The notes: generated by a model from the sequence alone, not told the origin. Shown: positions 49,501 through 62,400, counted from the stretch's first letter. The stretch: 64,000 nucleotides of DNA from Aplysia californica (GCF_000002075.1 NW_004798385.1:71624-135623); one strand, 5' to 3'. Made by a program: numbers and translations.

Positions 49501-52500
49501 ATTGTCCAGAAACAAGTTCAGAAGGGCACGTTTGACGCTCGGTCCTTGCTGCAGAGACAGGCTCAGAAGGCAGTGCGGAAGAAGGGGCCGGGCGGCCCGG
49601 GCAGTGGTCCTCCTCCCCCTGCCTTTGTGAGTGTTACTTTTATACTTCTTTCTGTGTGTGTATGTGAGGGAATATTCTCAAAGGCTTCTGATTGTTTGCA
49701 TGAGATGATTGAGTGTCTCAGAAAAGTCCAGTCATAAAGTACACTATATGACACAATAAAAGCTATATATATATATGTATAATGATCCACAATACAGAGT
49801 GATCAACAATCCTGTTCAGTAGAGTAGACAAAAAGTTTGATGCAGGAGAACAATTCAGTGGGGGTTGTTTGCTTTGCAAGCAATGTTAGTGGGTTTGTTT
49901 GTTTTGGTGTTTGGTGAATACATGGAATTTTAATAATTTAAGTGAGCGAAAAAGAAACAGAGGCTTCTTCTTTTAATGAGTCAGAGTGTTTTTTGAGTCC
50001 GAAATCAGTGACTTAGTTTCATTGTAAGTGTGTATGCACTCCCATAGGTGTGTCCCATTTAGATTATATTTTAATGTGCAAAAGACACTGATTTAAAAAA
50101 TAAATCGGAGAAAAAATGAACACTGCCATGAATATTTTCAGTCCAGTCATGTAATAGATTGGAATGGTCTTGGATGATGTTATATGAAAACCAAATTGTA
50201 TTGTGGTTTGACTTGTTCATCTGAGTGTATGCTCTGTTCATCTTTCAGAAACCCACCCCCGTGACAGCCCCAGGACCACTCACAAGGACGGTAAGATATC
50301 TCAGCAATCTTTTGGAATTTGACATGCAGTTGCTGTTGTTGTTTTAGCCGAAAAGAATTTTGTGTCTTTTGAGAGCATGATTAAAATACTATATAACAAA
50401 GTAATCTGGAAGCGACGTTGGTGAATATTGTGTAATTCTAAGCCCTGGCAAGTCCGGAATCTCAATGGTCTCCCAGTACTAGTCATTTTCACGCATTTAA
50501 AAAAAATTCTCAGGAATGTAAAAATTGAAATACCGGCTTTTTTTTGGCTTATGTAATGATACATTTCTCCCTCATTATAATATTTGACACTTTACAACAT
50601 TAAAATCTGTTTTAAAAAATTTTACCCAAATTTTCTAATGTCCCATTATTTTCAATTCTGGAAAATTTATCTCCTCACTGAATGTAACAGAAAGTAACAG
50701 AAAAATAAATTATTGTAACCAAAAATATAAGGACTAGTTTTAGATATATATCTATATTTTTCCTAATTATTCTAATACTGCTTTGCTATGTCCTCAAACG
50801 TTCCTCGATCTGGTATTTTTTTATGATAGAGAAGTTAAAAGATAAAATCAGGTGTTTAGGCCTCTACAGTGTCACCAATGTGAAAGGTGTTTTTTTATCT
50901 AAACTACTCCCGTATTTGAGAAATCTTCATTTCTGGTTAGGAAAATGATTAAACTTAAGTTTGGTACAAGAACTATATTATATTGCATTATCAGATGGCC
51001 TTCTTGGAAAAAATGTGAAAATCTGATCCTGTCTGTGTTTGGGGATCAGAGGTTAGTGAGTTAAATAAAGTCAGAAGAGTATGGAAAATGATAGCTATAT
51101 AATCAAATTAGATTAGTGTGGATGAGAAGCAATGACTGATCTTTATGCTTATTGTTGCTGTACTTTCATATTGTTATAGTATCAATAGTAATCCTTTTAT
51201 GTGATAAAGATATGTTGAATGGATGTGTAATAAAGTGTTTTGTATCAATTTAATCAAAGCGCTGTGGTGTGTGTCGAAGCGTTGGTTGATAAAATGCTGT
51301 ATTTGTATCCCGTACATTGCCCAGTTGTCCAACCCAAATGCCAAGAGCCGTGGCCAGGTACGAGCGACCCCCGGGGGTCTACAGGTGACCCGGCCCGTCC
51401 CCAGCACAGAAGTCTCCTTCACTGGCTCGTCCCTGCAGGTCACAAAACGTAACAAGGTGCGGGACTAGTGCAGTTGTTACTTAAGAGACAGGATTTTGGT
51501 TGTTTGATTTGTTGTTGTTGTCTTTTGTCTTTGACTCTTTTTCCTGTCTTTGCCCTTTGCCCTCTGACATGGTTTCCAAGTGAAAGGAGCATTTTCCAGA
51601 GGTTTGCTGCAGACTCATTAGTTAAATATATTGCTGTGAAATATAAAAAAATTTTGAACCCAAAAAATACTGTAGATGTGGTTTCACATATGCGCAACTT
51701 TCTTGTAGCTGTAGAAAACACTGTCATTTACTTAGGTATACATCTCTGTGTTGCTTAGCTTTTTCCTTTCTTGACAACTCTTTTTCAGGAAAGATTTGTT
51801 TTTCGTACTTACGTTTTGTATTATATTTGTTCGCTTCCCCTATGTGACTCTTACACTATAACTGTATGCAGTATTGAAAAAGGCTTAACTTGTTTTTTCC
51901 AGATAGGCTATTGTTGTTGTTTTGAGACTTTATTGTCCCACATCAATCTTTTGCACAAGGGTCATAAGGGAAAAATTAAATGGTTTTACAATTTTTAAAC
52001 GTGTTTGTAGTGATGTGTACAAATTCACTCTCACTGCTGTAAGAAATTTGTATGAAAGCCGACTTCAATATTTGAGTGTGTCAAGTTTGTTTGGTAATAA
52101 GTTGGAAAGTCTTGGTACTTTGCAAGTTTTCTGAATTTTGAAACTGGAAGAATGATGGAAATGTTTATCCCTTGTTGTGTCATTTTGTCGACAGCCTGTT
52201 CCAGGCATGACGCCACAAATAGCCGATGCTGTCCCCATCATCCAAATCCGCAACGACCGCTACAGGAACCCGGCCGCCCCTCCCCAGCCCACGCTTTCCC
52301 GCGGTGGTCACCCGCACCCTCCAGCCCCCCAGTACCCACAGCCCACGGCGTACCGGGAGCCCGGCTACGGGGAGTACCAAGAGGAAGCGGCGTACTTTGA
52401 GCCTCCGCCCTTCCCCCAATCGCGCGGCTACAAAGACTGGGATAACCCGCAGTACAATCCTTCCTCCATCTCTGTCCCCGAGATCCCCAAGGTGCACATG

Positions 52501-55500
52501 TCCAGTTTGAAGACGGTGGAGGCGGCAGGCATGCGGCCGGTGTCCTACTCGGGAGGTTTCTCCCAACACCCCCCGCGTGCGCCCCCTGGTGCTGCCTCCG
52601 TCTCTCAGCCCAGCAGACAACTCGCCACAAAAACTGTGACCCCGTCGATCAAGATCTCCCCCGCTGGCCTCAAGAGGAAGCCGGTGGCAGCTCCCGATGT
52701 GTCGGGGCCGCTGAGGTTAGGCCGAGGTGGTGGGCCAGGTATCGACCTTGACCCCTCCCCAAACAAGAAGTCAAAGGCGGCTGTTGCGGAGGACTTGGAG
52801 ATTATTGACTTGGTAAGACGTTGGAAATCTTTGGTGAAAAAACATTAACAATCAGCAATACGGTATAGAATTTCTGCTTTGTTTTTTCCCTTTTTATTAC
52901 TCTCTTTGTATGCTTACTGTTTTGTTAACATTTCTATGTCCAGGTCCCATATTTTAAAGTTTTTTTTGTATCGTTTCAGTTGTGCATGGATATTTCAGAA
53001 ATCATGACAGACATGTGTAATACATTGGTTGTAAAATGCGCCTGCAACGAGTTATTACCAACGATTTTTTATGATGTCACAGAGCACCTAGGGTTGGTTG
53101 CTTGCATTTTGATATGTGCAGACTGAGGCCTGTGAAAATATGAAACGTGTGTAATGTCATGTTGTGTCAAGTAGCATCGTTTGTAGATGAGTGATTATTG
53201 TGGTGTATCCTTGAAACAGTTCTCATTTTCTTATTCCCCACTCTATACAATTTTCTTCCTGTAATAGTATGGTGCTTTATGACGAAATGTTACATGTACT
53301 CTTTTTTTGGTCCTCAGTCTTTGTGAAAGTCTGAACTTTTTACAACAAAATATCCTTTATTCTTTCCTCATGCTGATGCTATGTATAATAATTATAATAC
53401 CTGTATGACCAAGTGTTGGTTTTTTAAAAATTCTTGGTCTTTGTAATGGTCTAGTATATTACCAGTAAAAACACTACAGCAAATTGTGTTTGTTTTCCCA
53501 GGAGAGTGACGGCGCGGTGATCAGCCCCCTACAGGGTTACCGTGTGATGGTGACAAACTTGTTCAATGGAGTCACACAAGACGACATCATTGTGAGTTCT
53601 GTGATTTAAGAAAAACTTAGTGGGAGTCAGTGCATTGAGAGAAGTTTGGATAACCTTCCTGGTCTAAGATGGGCATAGATGGCCCTTTGTGCATTTGGTT
53701 GTACCTGTGCGTTGTTTATTTGGTTGGTTGTATGTCAGTTTTATTTGTTAAGTACTGTGTGTAATGGAAAGTTACGCTGACCTGGTTGTGCAGAGATACG
53801 GCCAATGGTTTATGAACAAAATTCTCTTGCAGCTACTGGGTACCTGGTTTCTGCAGATATTTTATAAAGCAGCAGTTCTTCATATAAGAGAAAGAGACTT
53901 AACCCTATCCATACGCCCTGGGGTCATTTTGTACCCCTGGTTTTATTCTTCACATTTTAAAATACTTCTAGTATGAAGATCTCTTTGACACTTTCAGTAT
54001 ATGTCATAAAATCATTTTGACAGACAGCTATGCAAAGCGTACGGATCGGATTAACGAGTAAATTTCCTCTTTGAAAGTGGTGGCACAGAATTCCCCACGT
54101 GGTATGGATACGATAGTAAAACACGACATACGGATAGGGTTAATGAAATGTTAACATAGGTTTCACCTGCCAAAATCAGAGTGGATTTCCTTTGCCTTAT
54201 GTTGCGTTATATATTGGTGCTTGTGTTGTTTGTTTCTTTAGAACCGAGACCAAAGCACATCATGAAGCCTCTATCATCTATGAACTGACTATATGCCTAT
54301 TTCTGTGAAGACAAAGAGTTGTTTATGAAAAAATATTGTTTTCTGCTTTCCATGTGGTCCTGCAGCACTTTCCGCTAAGCTAAGGCTTATTACTGGCTGA
54401 GTGAAGTGTTGTAACTATGAAAAATATAGGGATTTTGTCAGGTACACATGTATATTGTTCGTTCCGTAATTAGTTTCTGTTGTGTGGTTAATTAGTTTCT
54501 GTTGTGTGGCGAATGTTTTCAGGAACTGTTTGGTGCTGTGGGTCCCCTGAAGAAGGCCAAACTGCTCAAGCCCGGCTCAGCAGAAGTTGTGTACATCAGC
54601 AAGCCGGATGCCGTCAGTGCCGTGCAGAAGTACCACAGTCGAGAGTTGGACGGTGAGTGCGGGTGGTTGGTGGGTGCTCGGAAATGTTTTGCTCCTTCTT
54701 CTCTCCTAACAAACATCTGTCGTCCTTATCTCTCCTTCCTTTCTTTGTATGTTTCTCTCTAAAAACACTTATAATCTTCGGGACTTATATGACCTCTATT
54801 TGTGTTTTCAAGTGCCATAAAACTTTTACTAAAATTAAAACTAAGATAATGAGTGACTTAGAACATTTGTGTGTCAGTATGCTGATTTACTTTAAATATC
54901 CAGGTGATTATTTTTCATGTAAAACTGAAGACAGTGAGAGATGTCTTAGGTAGACCTGCCAAATACTCTGATAAAATATGGACCCCTCTAATTTTTTCCC
55001 CCCTAGAAGAACCCTGATAGGATATGCATAAAATCTTTTTTTTTTCTTGAATTATGTTTCCACTGGTCGAATGCAACTTTTCGTAAATGATGTGAAGATA
55101 CACAGGGGTTTTTTTTTTTGCTGTATGTACATGAGTTGTGATTTGCGTTACATTTTTATTTGGCATGATCAGTTTGTAATGTAATCTGAATATACTGGGG
55201 TTCCGGAGGCACTGATGTTTTTCCACAACTCAGATTTTTAGGAAAGGATTTGGAGCAAAACTGTTATTTTTGGTCATGGAAGATATTTCAAATATTTGAC
55301 TGTCAGTGCATGGGGAGGATTTAGATTATACATATATAGGTGGATACATTTCATGTAAAAGTTATGGCACGCAGAGACGGTGAGTGTCTTAAAACTTTGA
55401 CTTTCTTCTGTTTACTCCCAATACGTAAAAAGAGCAATAAATCTGTAACTTAAAATTATAATTCTGTGACTTGCATCTTTCTTCCAGGTCAGCCGATGTA

Positions 55501-56403
55501 TGTGAAGATGACGACACCGGTCGCGGCCGTGGTGAAGAAAGCAGCTGGAGACGTGGACCCAGACATCACAGGGGAAGCGCTCAGGTAGGTCTAATAGTGT
55601 ACAGATAACTTCACTGTTGAATGTGGCAGAAAAACTCTTCACAGTAAACTACTTCATAAGATCAAAGTCACTGCAGAACTTTTTGGTACAGGGTCATTTC
55701 AGTCAGAAAGTTTTAGGTGATGATGTAAATCTCATTTGGGCAGTGTGTGTGATGACACGCTTTCTTTCATCTTATGTCATTAACAACATTTGTGGATGGT
55801 AGTGCTGGTTTTCATCACCTCATCTTCAGCGGCCTCTTTTTTTGGCATTAAAAATTATTTTTTTAAATAAAAAAAAATAATTTTAAGTGCTGTTGAAATT
55901 GACGAAGTGACCTTTTTAGACAAGTGGACGTCTTGCACAGTGTCACTATAATGTTTTTTAAAAAATGCAAGAGGGGAAATGGGAAGTGGTTGTTCGTACT
56001 GGTGATTGTCTTGTCTTATACAGGTGGCTGTTAGAGCAGATTTGTTGTGATTTTTAAGATTGATCTGCTGAGAGTTGAGGGTGTCAACTGATACCGATAC
56101 TGAAAATTTGATTATACTTCTTTTTTTAACCTCAATTCTCTCTGTCTGTCCATCTTGCTTTATCAGTGTTCTAAATGACTGTTAACTTTTCTGTTGATGT
56201 CCACCTCTTTTTCAAAACTGATCTGCTGACTGTTGAGGAATGTTTGACGACCTGTTCGCTCTCTCACCTCCAGGTTATACAAGAAAAGTGGCATTGGTTC
56301 CCTGCCCGAAGCACCAATCGAGATCCCCACAATCCATCGAGCGCTGTTCAAGGCAGGACCTCCGGGACCAAACAAATCTGTCAAGTTCACTGTGAAAATT
56401 TAA
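46532..56403 (+). CDS. POLDIP3: Polymerase delta-interacting protein 3 / SKAR (RRM protein), 539 aa
   Basis: Exons 46532-46590, 49305-49626, 50249-50290, 51325-51456, 52195-52812, 53502-53591, 54523-54652, 55488-55584, 56274-56403 (1620 nt, frame closes). N-terminus MADISLDDFIK; repeated DAR motifs (DARSKL, DARDKI, DARNKI, DARSLL); RRM ISPLQGYRVMVTNL..TQDDIIELFGAVGPLKKAKLLKPGSAEVVY..LDGQPM; C-terminus IHRALFK..VKFTVKI. The two middle low-complexity exons (50249-50290, 51325-51456) are less certain. Confidence 0.9.
47410..47880. repeat. ~250-bp duplication carrying palindromic TAGCCGTACTTAAGTACGGCTA arrays
   Basis: 47411-47518 resembles 47660-47756; each is followed by CTAGCCGTAC/GTACGGCTAG arrays. 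Perfect 26-bp palindrome at 47821-47846. Confidence 0.8.
53903..54139. mobile_element. piggyBac-like MITE (TTAA TSD), second copy
   Basis: TTAA|CCCTATCCATAC...ATACGGATAGGG|TTAA. Confidence 0.88.
54661..54843 (+). mobile_element. ~180-bp headless retroposon copy 8 nt after a POLDIP3 donor
   Basis: GTGAGTGC is followed directly by GGGTGGTTGGTGGGTGCTC and the rest of the consensus. Confidence 0.85.
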
Positions 56404-56569
56404 GCTCCCCGTCATTTCCTTTTGTAAACCACCACCGGGTATCTGTTTGTTCTCAAGACACGTTTTGTTCCTAGGTCCCCTGGTGACCAGGCCCGGTCAG
56501 ACGTTTGACCACGCCCAGTGTTTTATAGCATTTAACTGACAGTTGTATAGTCTGAGATGTCAGTTCTAC

Positions 56570-57330
56570 TAATTCTGTCTTGACAAACTTTCCCAAATCT
56601 GTCTTGATAAGACTTTTCCCTTTGGGTTGAGAGAGAGTGAATGTAGGGTAAATCTGTCTGAACAAACTTTGCCATTGTGTTGAGGGTGAATGTAGGGTAA
56701 GTCTGTTTTGACAGACTTTGCCATTGTATTGAGAATGAATGTTGAGTAAATCTATCTTCACAAGACTTTACCTTTGTGTTGAAAATGAATGTAGAGTGGA
56801 AAAAAAACCCCTGTCTTGACAGACTTTCCCATTGTGTTGAGAGTGAATCTGTTTTGACAAGACTTTCCCATTGTGTTAAGAGTGAATCTGTTTTGACAAG
56901 ACTTTCCCATTGTGTTAAGAGTGAATCTGTTTTGACAAGACTTTCCCATTGTGTTAAGAGTGAATCTGTTTTGACAAGACTTTCCCATTGTGTTGAGAGT
57001 GAATCTGTTTTGACAAGACTTTCCCATTGTGTTGAGAGTGAATCTGTTTTGACAAGACTTTCCCATTGTGTTGAGAGTGAATCTGTTTTGACAAGACTTT
57101 CCCATTGTGTTGAGAGTGAATCTGTTTTGACAAGACTTTCCCATTGCTTTGAAAGTGAATCCGTTCTGTCTTGACAGACTTTCCCATTGTGTTGAGAGTG
57201 AATCTGTTTTGACAAGACTTTCCCATTGTGTTGAGAGTGAATCTGTTTTGACAAGACTTTCCCATTGCTTTGAAAGTGAATCTGTTCTGTCTTGACAGAC
57301 TTTCCCATTGTGTTGAGAGTGAATGTAGAG
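56570..57330 (+). repeat. 39-bp minisatellite in the POLDIP3 3' UTR
   Basis: GACAAGACTTTCCCATTGTGTTGAGAGTGAATCTGTTTT near-perfect from ~56817 to 57325; degenerate longer copies upstream. Confidence 0.95.
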
Positions 57331-57709
57331 TGACCTCTGTTAGTGGACCAAAAAAAGTATTTCTCAATTTGTGTGGAAAGATTTTAGAAGGCGCTTTTTC
57401 GTTATTTATATCGTGGGATGACTTGATTACTTTATAGAAAATGATTTTCTGTCTGGGTGTATGTTTACGATCACTACAAGTACAAGTGAAAGAATATAAT
57501 CACTGCTCGACAGAAAGATGTGTTCAGTTCAGTTCTTGATTTTACTATGCCTATATTAAGTTATATTTACTGCCACATGATGAATGAATGCATCTCATTG
57601 TCAGTGTAGAAACACATGCCATCTTCCCCATGGTCTATTCTTCATTTGACGACTTAATTTTAATGTTAAATTGAACGCATTTTCTGCTTGCTGCTGCTCT
57701 TTGAAATGC

Positions 57710-57715
57710 AATAAA
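57710..57715 (+). terminator. Candidate POLDIP3 polyadenylation signal
   Basis: AATAAA followed by a GT/T-rich tract, ~1.3 kb after the stop. Confidence 0.45.
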
Positions 57716-58222
57716 TGCCGAGATGATTTGATGCCATTTGTTTGATGTCCTGTTTCTTGTCACAGTTGTTGAGTAAGGTTGAAAAGTTATCTGATTTCTA
57801 TATATGGTACCCGCACGCACTCACAAAACATATGCATTGCTGTGTTGTGGATTGTTCCTTCTTTCCTATCAAACATCTATCATCCTTATCTCTCCTCCTC
57901 CTTTTTTGTGTTTGTTACTCTTATAAAACCTCTAATCTTTGGCACTTATATAACCTTTTTGTGTTGCAAGTGCCGTATAACTCTTACTAAAACAAAACAA
58001 AACTTTGAAGGACATTTTAACAATAGGACGAATGGATGAGCTATTGCTGCAGACCATACGGTTTATGGCTCTATACTCATGGCATTGCGCCTTATTTGAC
58101 TAAATCAATTTTTAAAAGTTTTAATTTATTCGTTATACTTGTCTTGTCCATATTCTTCATGTATCAAAACAGGACAATGTATCAACATCCGAAATACTGG
58201 CAGTAGTTTTCAAAGTGGTAAA

Positions 58223-58727
58223 GGGGGGCTTTCATGGCCTAGAGGTTAAGGTGTTCGCCTCTCATTCAAGGGTCCCAGGTTCGAATCTAGGTAGCGGCCG
58301 AAAAATTTCCTTCTCTAAAATTGTCTCCTTTCACCTCCTTTCCTGCTCTCTAGCAATGTTCTGTCGTCTGCTTTCGTCTCCTCTATCTTCCCCCACCCCC
58401 TCACCTCCTTTGCCCTCTCCTCTGGGCTCTTGACTCCTGCAGTCTTTCTACCGCTACTCCTTGGCTCCTTCTTACTGCTGTCTTTCTGATCTTCTGGTAG
58501 GAGGAAAGATCTACACTTAGCCTTCTCAGACAAGGGCGAAAAATCCCAGAGGGCCCGTGTGCATGTTAAAGTTAAAGTAAAGATCCCTTGGTGGTCTAAA
58601 ATCGATAAGAGTAGGCTTCGGCTGCCACCCGGGCAAAATTCAAAATTTCCCACCTACTGAAAAAGTTTTATGTACCCTGCGCACTCAAATGACTTTATGC
58701 AGTTGCGAGCGCCGGAAAACACAACCC
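58223..58727 (+). mobile_element. Full-length tRNA-derived SINE, MetaSINE-like
   Basis: A box TGGCCTAGAGG, B box GGTTCGAATC, pyrimidine-rich body, core CCTTCTC.GA.AAGG..GG.CCCGTGT..GCA.GTTAAAG..GATCCC resembling the Meta domain (family assignment from memory), tail ATGAC.TTATGCAGTTGCGAGCGCC. Confidence 0.75.
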
Positions 58728-58928
58728 CAAAAAAAGCGATAAAGCAATGTTAAATGGCAGATCTTATGCTCAGTGTCGATGGCAGAGCGACATATCTACT
58801 TTTCCAGATAACTATGTTTAGAAAAACATTCATAAATTCAGATAGGCCACGAGTCAAAAGTTAAAATTTTTTTTGGTGAAAATCATAAAATGTGCAGTGA
58901 CATCGCTTTGTCTGTGGACAGCTGTATA

Positions 58929-59445
58929 CAGTAGAGCATGGCTACAGCGGGACTACTAGTTCAAGAAGAAAAATTCCGCTGTAGGCAAGTTCCCGCTATA
59001 GGAACGCAAAGGGGAATTGCCGAAAAATCACACACGACACGCTCTCCTCGTCTTTAACTTGTCTTTTTTGGCCTAGCCAAGGCCTTGGGCTATGGCACAT
59101 CACTTTAAGAGTGGCTTACACGAAAAGCATTTCTCTACACCATCTCTGTCTGCCACCTGCCTCCCCTCACCCATCACTGGACTGGCCAGTTACAACGCCA
59201 CACCACTGACTGCCTGTTTGGAGCCTGCCTACAGGCCCCCCACCCCCAAGCCCCTTCCCCCAGCTGGAGCTCGCTTGATCTCTCTTGCAGTACCGGTATC
59301 CCAAGTTCGGGCCTTTCCTTGTCCCGCTAAACCCAAGCACAGTTAGATCTAATTGATTTTATCTAGAGACAAAAAGGGGATTCTGGTGTAAAGTCCCGCT
59401 GTAGGGATGGTCCCGCTGCAGCGGGTGCCGCTGTATGTTCTACTG
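58929..59445. mobile_element. Tc1/mariner/pogo-like MITE
   Basis: TA|CAGTAGA...TCTACTG|TA with repeated subterminal CCGCTGTAG motifs at both ends. Confidence 0.7.
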
Positions 59446-62400
59446 TAGTAGTCTGTCTCGGCTGTCTGAACTTTGAAGTGGTAAAATGGACTGAAGGGGG
59501 CGGGGTGAGATGCTGAGTGGACCTGTTCACAGTGTCAACATATCTCGTATGCAGTAACTAACCAGGACAACATTGGAAACATTCATTCTTCAAACATTGA
59601 TGATAGCTTTTTAGAATTCAGAGAAGGAAATGAGGGTAAGAAAACACAAGAAAGTAAATTTGAACTAAAATAGATTTATTAGAACTTCTATGATTGCAGA
59701 GCAGGTATATAACAGAAATGTATGGGTTCACTTCAGAAAAAAACTGACGAAGAGACAAACCAAATATTTCTGGTTTGTGAACAGAACAGAAAGAATCGAC
59801 ATTTAAGACTAGATAAAGTAAAAAGATAAGACTTGCATCGGGAGATGACAGTTCAAATCAAGTACTTGGTGAGCGACACAACAAGGGAAATGGTATTATA
59901 TCTATGCACAAGGAATGTGATATTTATGATAGTGAAGATCATTGTTCATACAAAGTGTGGGAGATCAAAAGTATTCAGTCAAAATTTTATAGATTTGCGT
60001 ATTGCATAAAACCATGGTTTAGGAGAAGGGAAAAAAATCTACCAAATTCTAGTCTAGGATTTGAGCTGAAGCAGGCAGGGATCATCGTCACATCATGTAA
60101 TGTACATTCATCAAAATACAAACTGACCAGTGGAATGGACGATACAAGATCCAACAAGACAGCAGTGTGGTAGTACAGGAACTGCCTGGTATTGTTACTG
60201 ATACTTCTGTACTGATCACTCATTTTAAGCAAAAGTTGTAATTTATATCACCCTTTAAACTACTTTAAGTTTCAGTTAACAAATTATAATTTGTCCTTTG
60301 GCAACAATCATTATAAATTATTACCATGGTCTTGCAGAAGTGAAAAAATATGAGAAATTGTAGGTGTTGTTGAATATCCCTTGCAACACTGTATGTAATA
60401 AATTTAAGAGATAGGACCTCTGGATTTTCGTTCCTCTCTAAAAACACCAAGCCAAATGGGGAAAATTTGTGTATAGAGCTTTTCCAGAGACACAATGTTG
60501 GCCTGAGGTGAGGCTCAAACCCCGGAACCTACAATCTCATGATAACAAGTCTGGAAGCCTAACCACTAGACCATCGACATTCTAAGAGAAGTTAACGAAA
60601 TAAACCGGGGAGAACATGCAATTCTGTTGTGGTGTCCTCAGATAAAAATTTTGCACAACATCACTGGTCCCATGGACTCTGTTCTTCCATGTTTTTTAAC
60701 AAACATTAACAAAACTGTGCTCCTTGCACATTCACCTCAAGTTCAGATCAATGCAATGTTTGATTGCAGGACAAAATTCACGTACTTTGAAGAATATCTT
60801 TTAAGACCACACAGCAACAAGACAAAAATGTCAAATTTCTGCAATAAAGTACAAAATCTCTGACTGTAACTGCAGTATCAGTAACTAATATGTCCACAGC
60901 ACAGACGTAAGTCATCACTGGTTTCACTTGTACCACAGCACAAGAGTAATATTATATATTATTATTATTATTATGTAGACCTACTGATACATTTTAAGTA
61001 CCAAATGTAACAAGATTTAAAAAAAAAAATCAAACCTTCACTTCGGTCTTCAGGATCTAGACAAGACTTCTATCTAGATTTCTGTGTGCTATTCCAAAAA
61101 TCTACGGGGGTCCCTTTGAGCTCAGCTCCTCCCAGCAACCATCCAAGGAGTAATGAACCAATGAGTACTCTCGTACTTGTACATTGTACTAGTTGTACAA
61201 AACATCATCAAGGAGTAATTACTGTATTTAACCAACGAGTACCCTCGTACAAAACATTATGATCAATTGCTCATGGTTTATGCCCTCATTGACAAAGTTA
61301 ACACCATTTGGGAGGTGAGCCACTTCCACTCAGACGGTTACAGTTGTTAGTGTCAGGGCCATCCAAGGGTAAGTGGGATACAACATTCCCGCAGACAGAG
61401 ATGCTTGACGAAATCACTGCCCCGTGAGGGAATCAAACTCCTGTGCTCCTCCTGCAACAGCTAAGAGCTCTGCCATGACACCATAAACACCAATACGAAA
61501 GAACAGAATATGCACCAACAAAGAAGGAACTAGACAAAGTCAAACAGTAAAATGAAGAAAATTCTTCACAAAAACTTCTTACAAGTACAAGTACAAGCGG
61601 TTTCTTCCTGAGACTCAAACTTGCAAATTAAAAAAAAAATCTTGTAACCTTTTATGCAGGTCGCTCTGTTATAAATGTTGAAGTACGCTGACAGTGTACA
61701 CGCATATGTATATATAACAAAAAATGTTGAATTATTTTTGTTTAGATTGTCAATAAAGGAATATAAAATAACTATTTTCCTCTTTTAAAAAACCCCACTT
61801 ATATGCATTCTGTAAACTAAATGTTCAACTCCTAATATTTCACATGTAACATAACTAACACAACCATTGAGGAACAACTCGATCTATGGACAGAGATAAT
61901 ATGACGACTCTAACTTATTCAATAACACAACCTCACAACAATAGTATAGCAGACCTGCCAACCACTCCATGCTAGAACCAAAAAAACCCAAAAACAAAAA
62001 CAAAACAAAAACCAAAAAAAAAAACAACCTTTCCCTCAAAATCCCCCCCCGCCACCACCACAAAAAAGGAGTTAAGGGGGAAAAATACCAGGTCGCTTTT
62101 AAGCACAAGGGGGCTATCCCGAAAAATGCTGTTTTGAGAAAATCGAAGTTAAGTTTTTGGACCTTTGTTCAGTATAGAGTCTCTGACATTCCAGTAGATT
62201 AAAATTACTTAACAAATCAACAGTCGCAAATAAATGTGTATTGCAAATAGGCCTACAATACACTGTGCATGAAAAAAAACCGGTATAGCAACTGCTCAGT
62301 GTCTGAAGACTCCGTCACACGTCCCTTTTCAAAATGGCATTATATGGCAGAGACTTATACTTACACTAAGCAGTGGGGATATTCACGTCATTTACAATAA

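Noticed and set aside
56532-57367. 258-aa and other ORFs (KTDSLSTQWESLV repeats)
   Set aside because: Translations of the 39-bp minisatellite; open in several frames, with no coding context.
58223-58300. tRNA genes (also near 10370, 14915, 21955, 30525, 60500, 61420)
   Set aside because: A/B boxes are present but there is no intact cloverleaf; most continue into shared SINE bodies.
59904-60232. 89-aa (+) and 81-aa (-) ORFs
   Set aside because: No recognisable motifs or splice context; likely UTR sequence.
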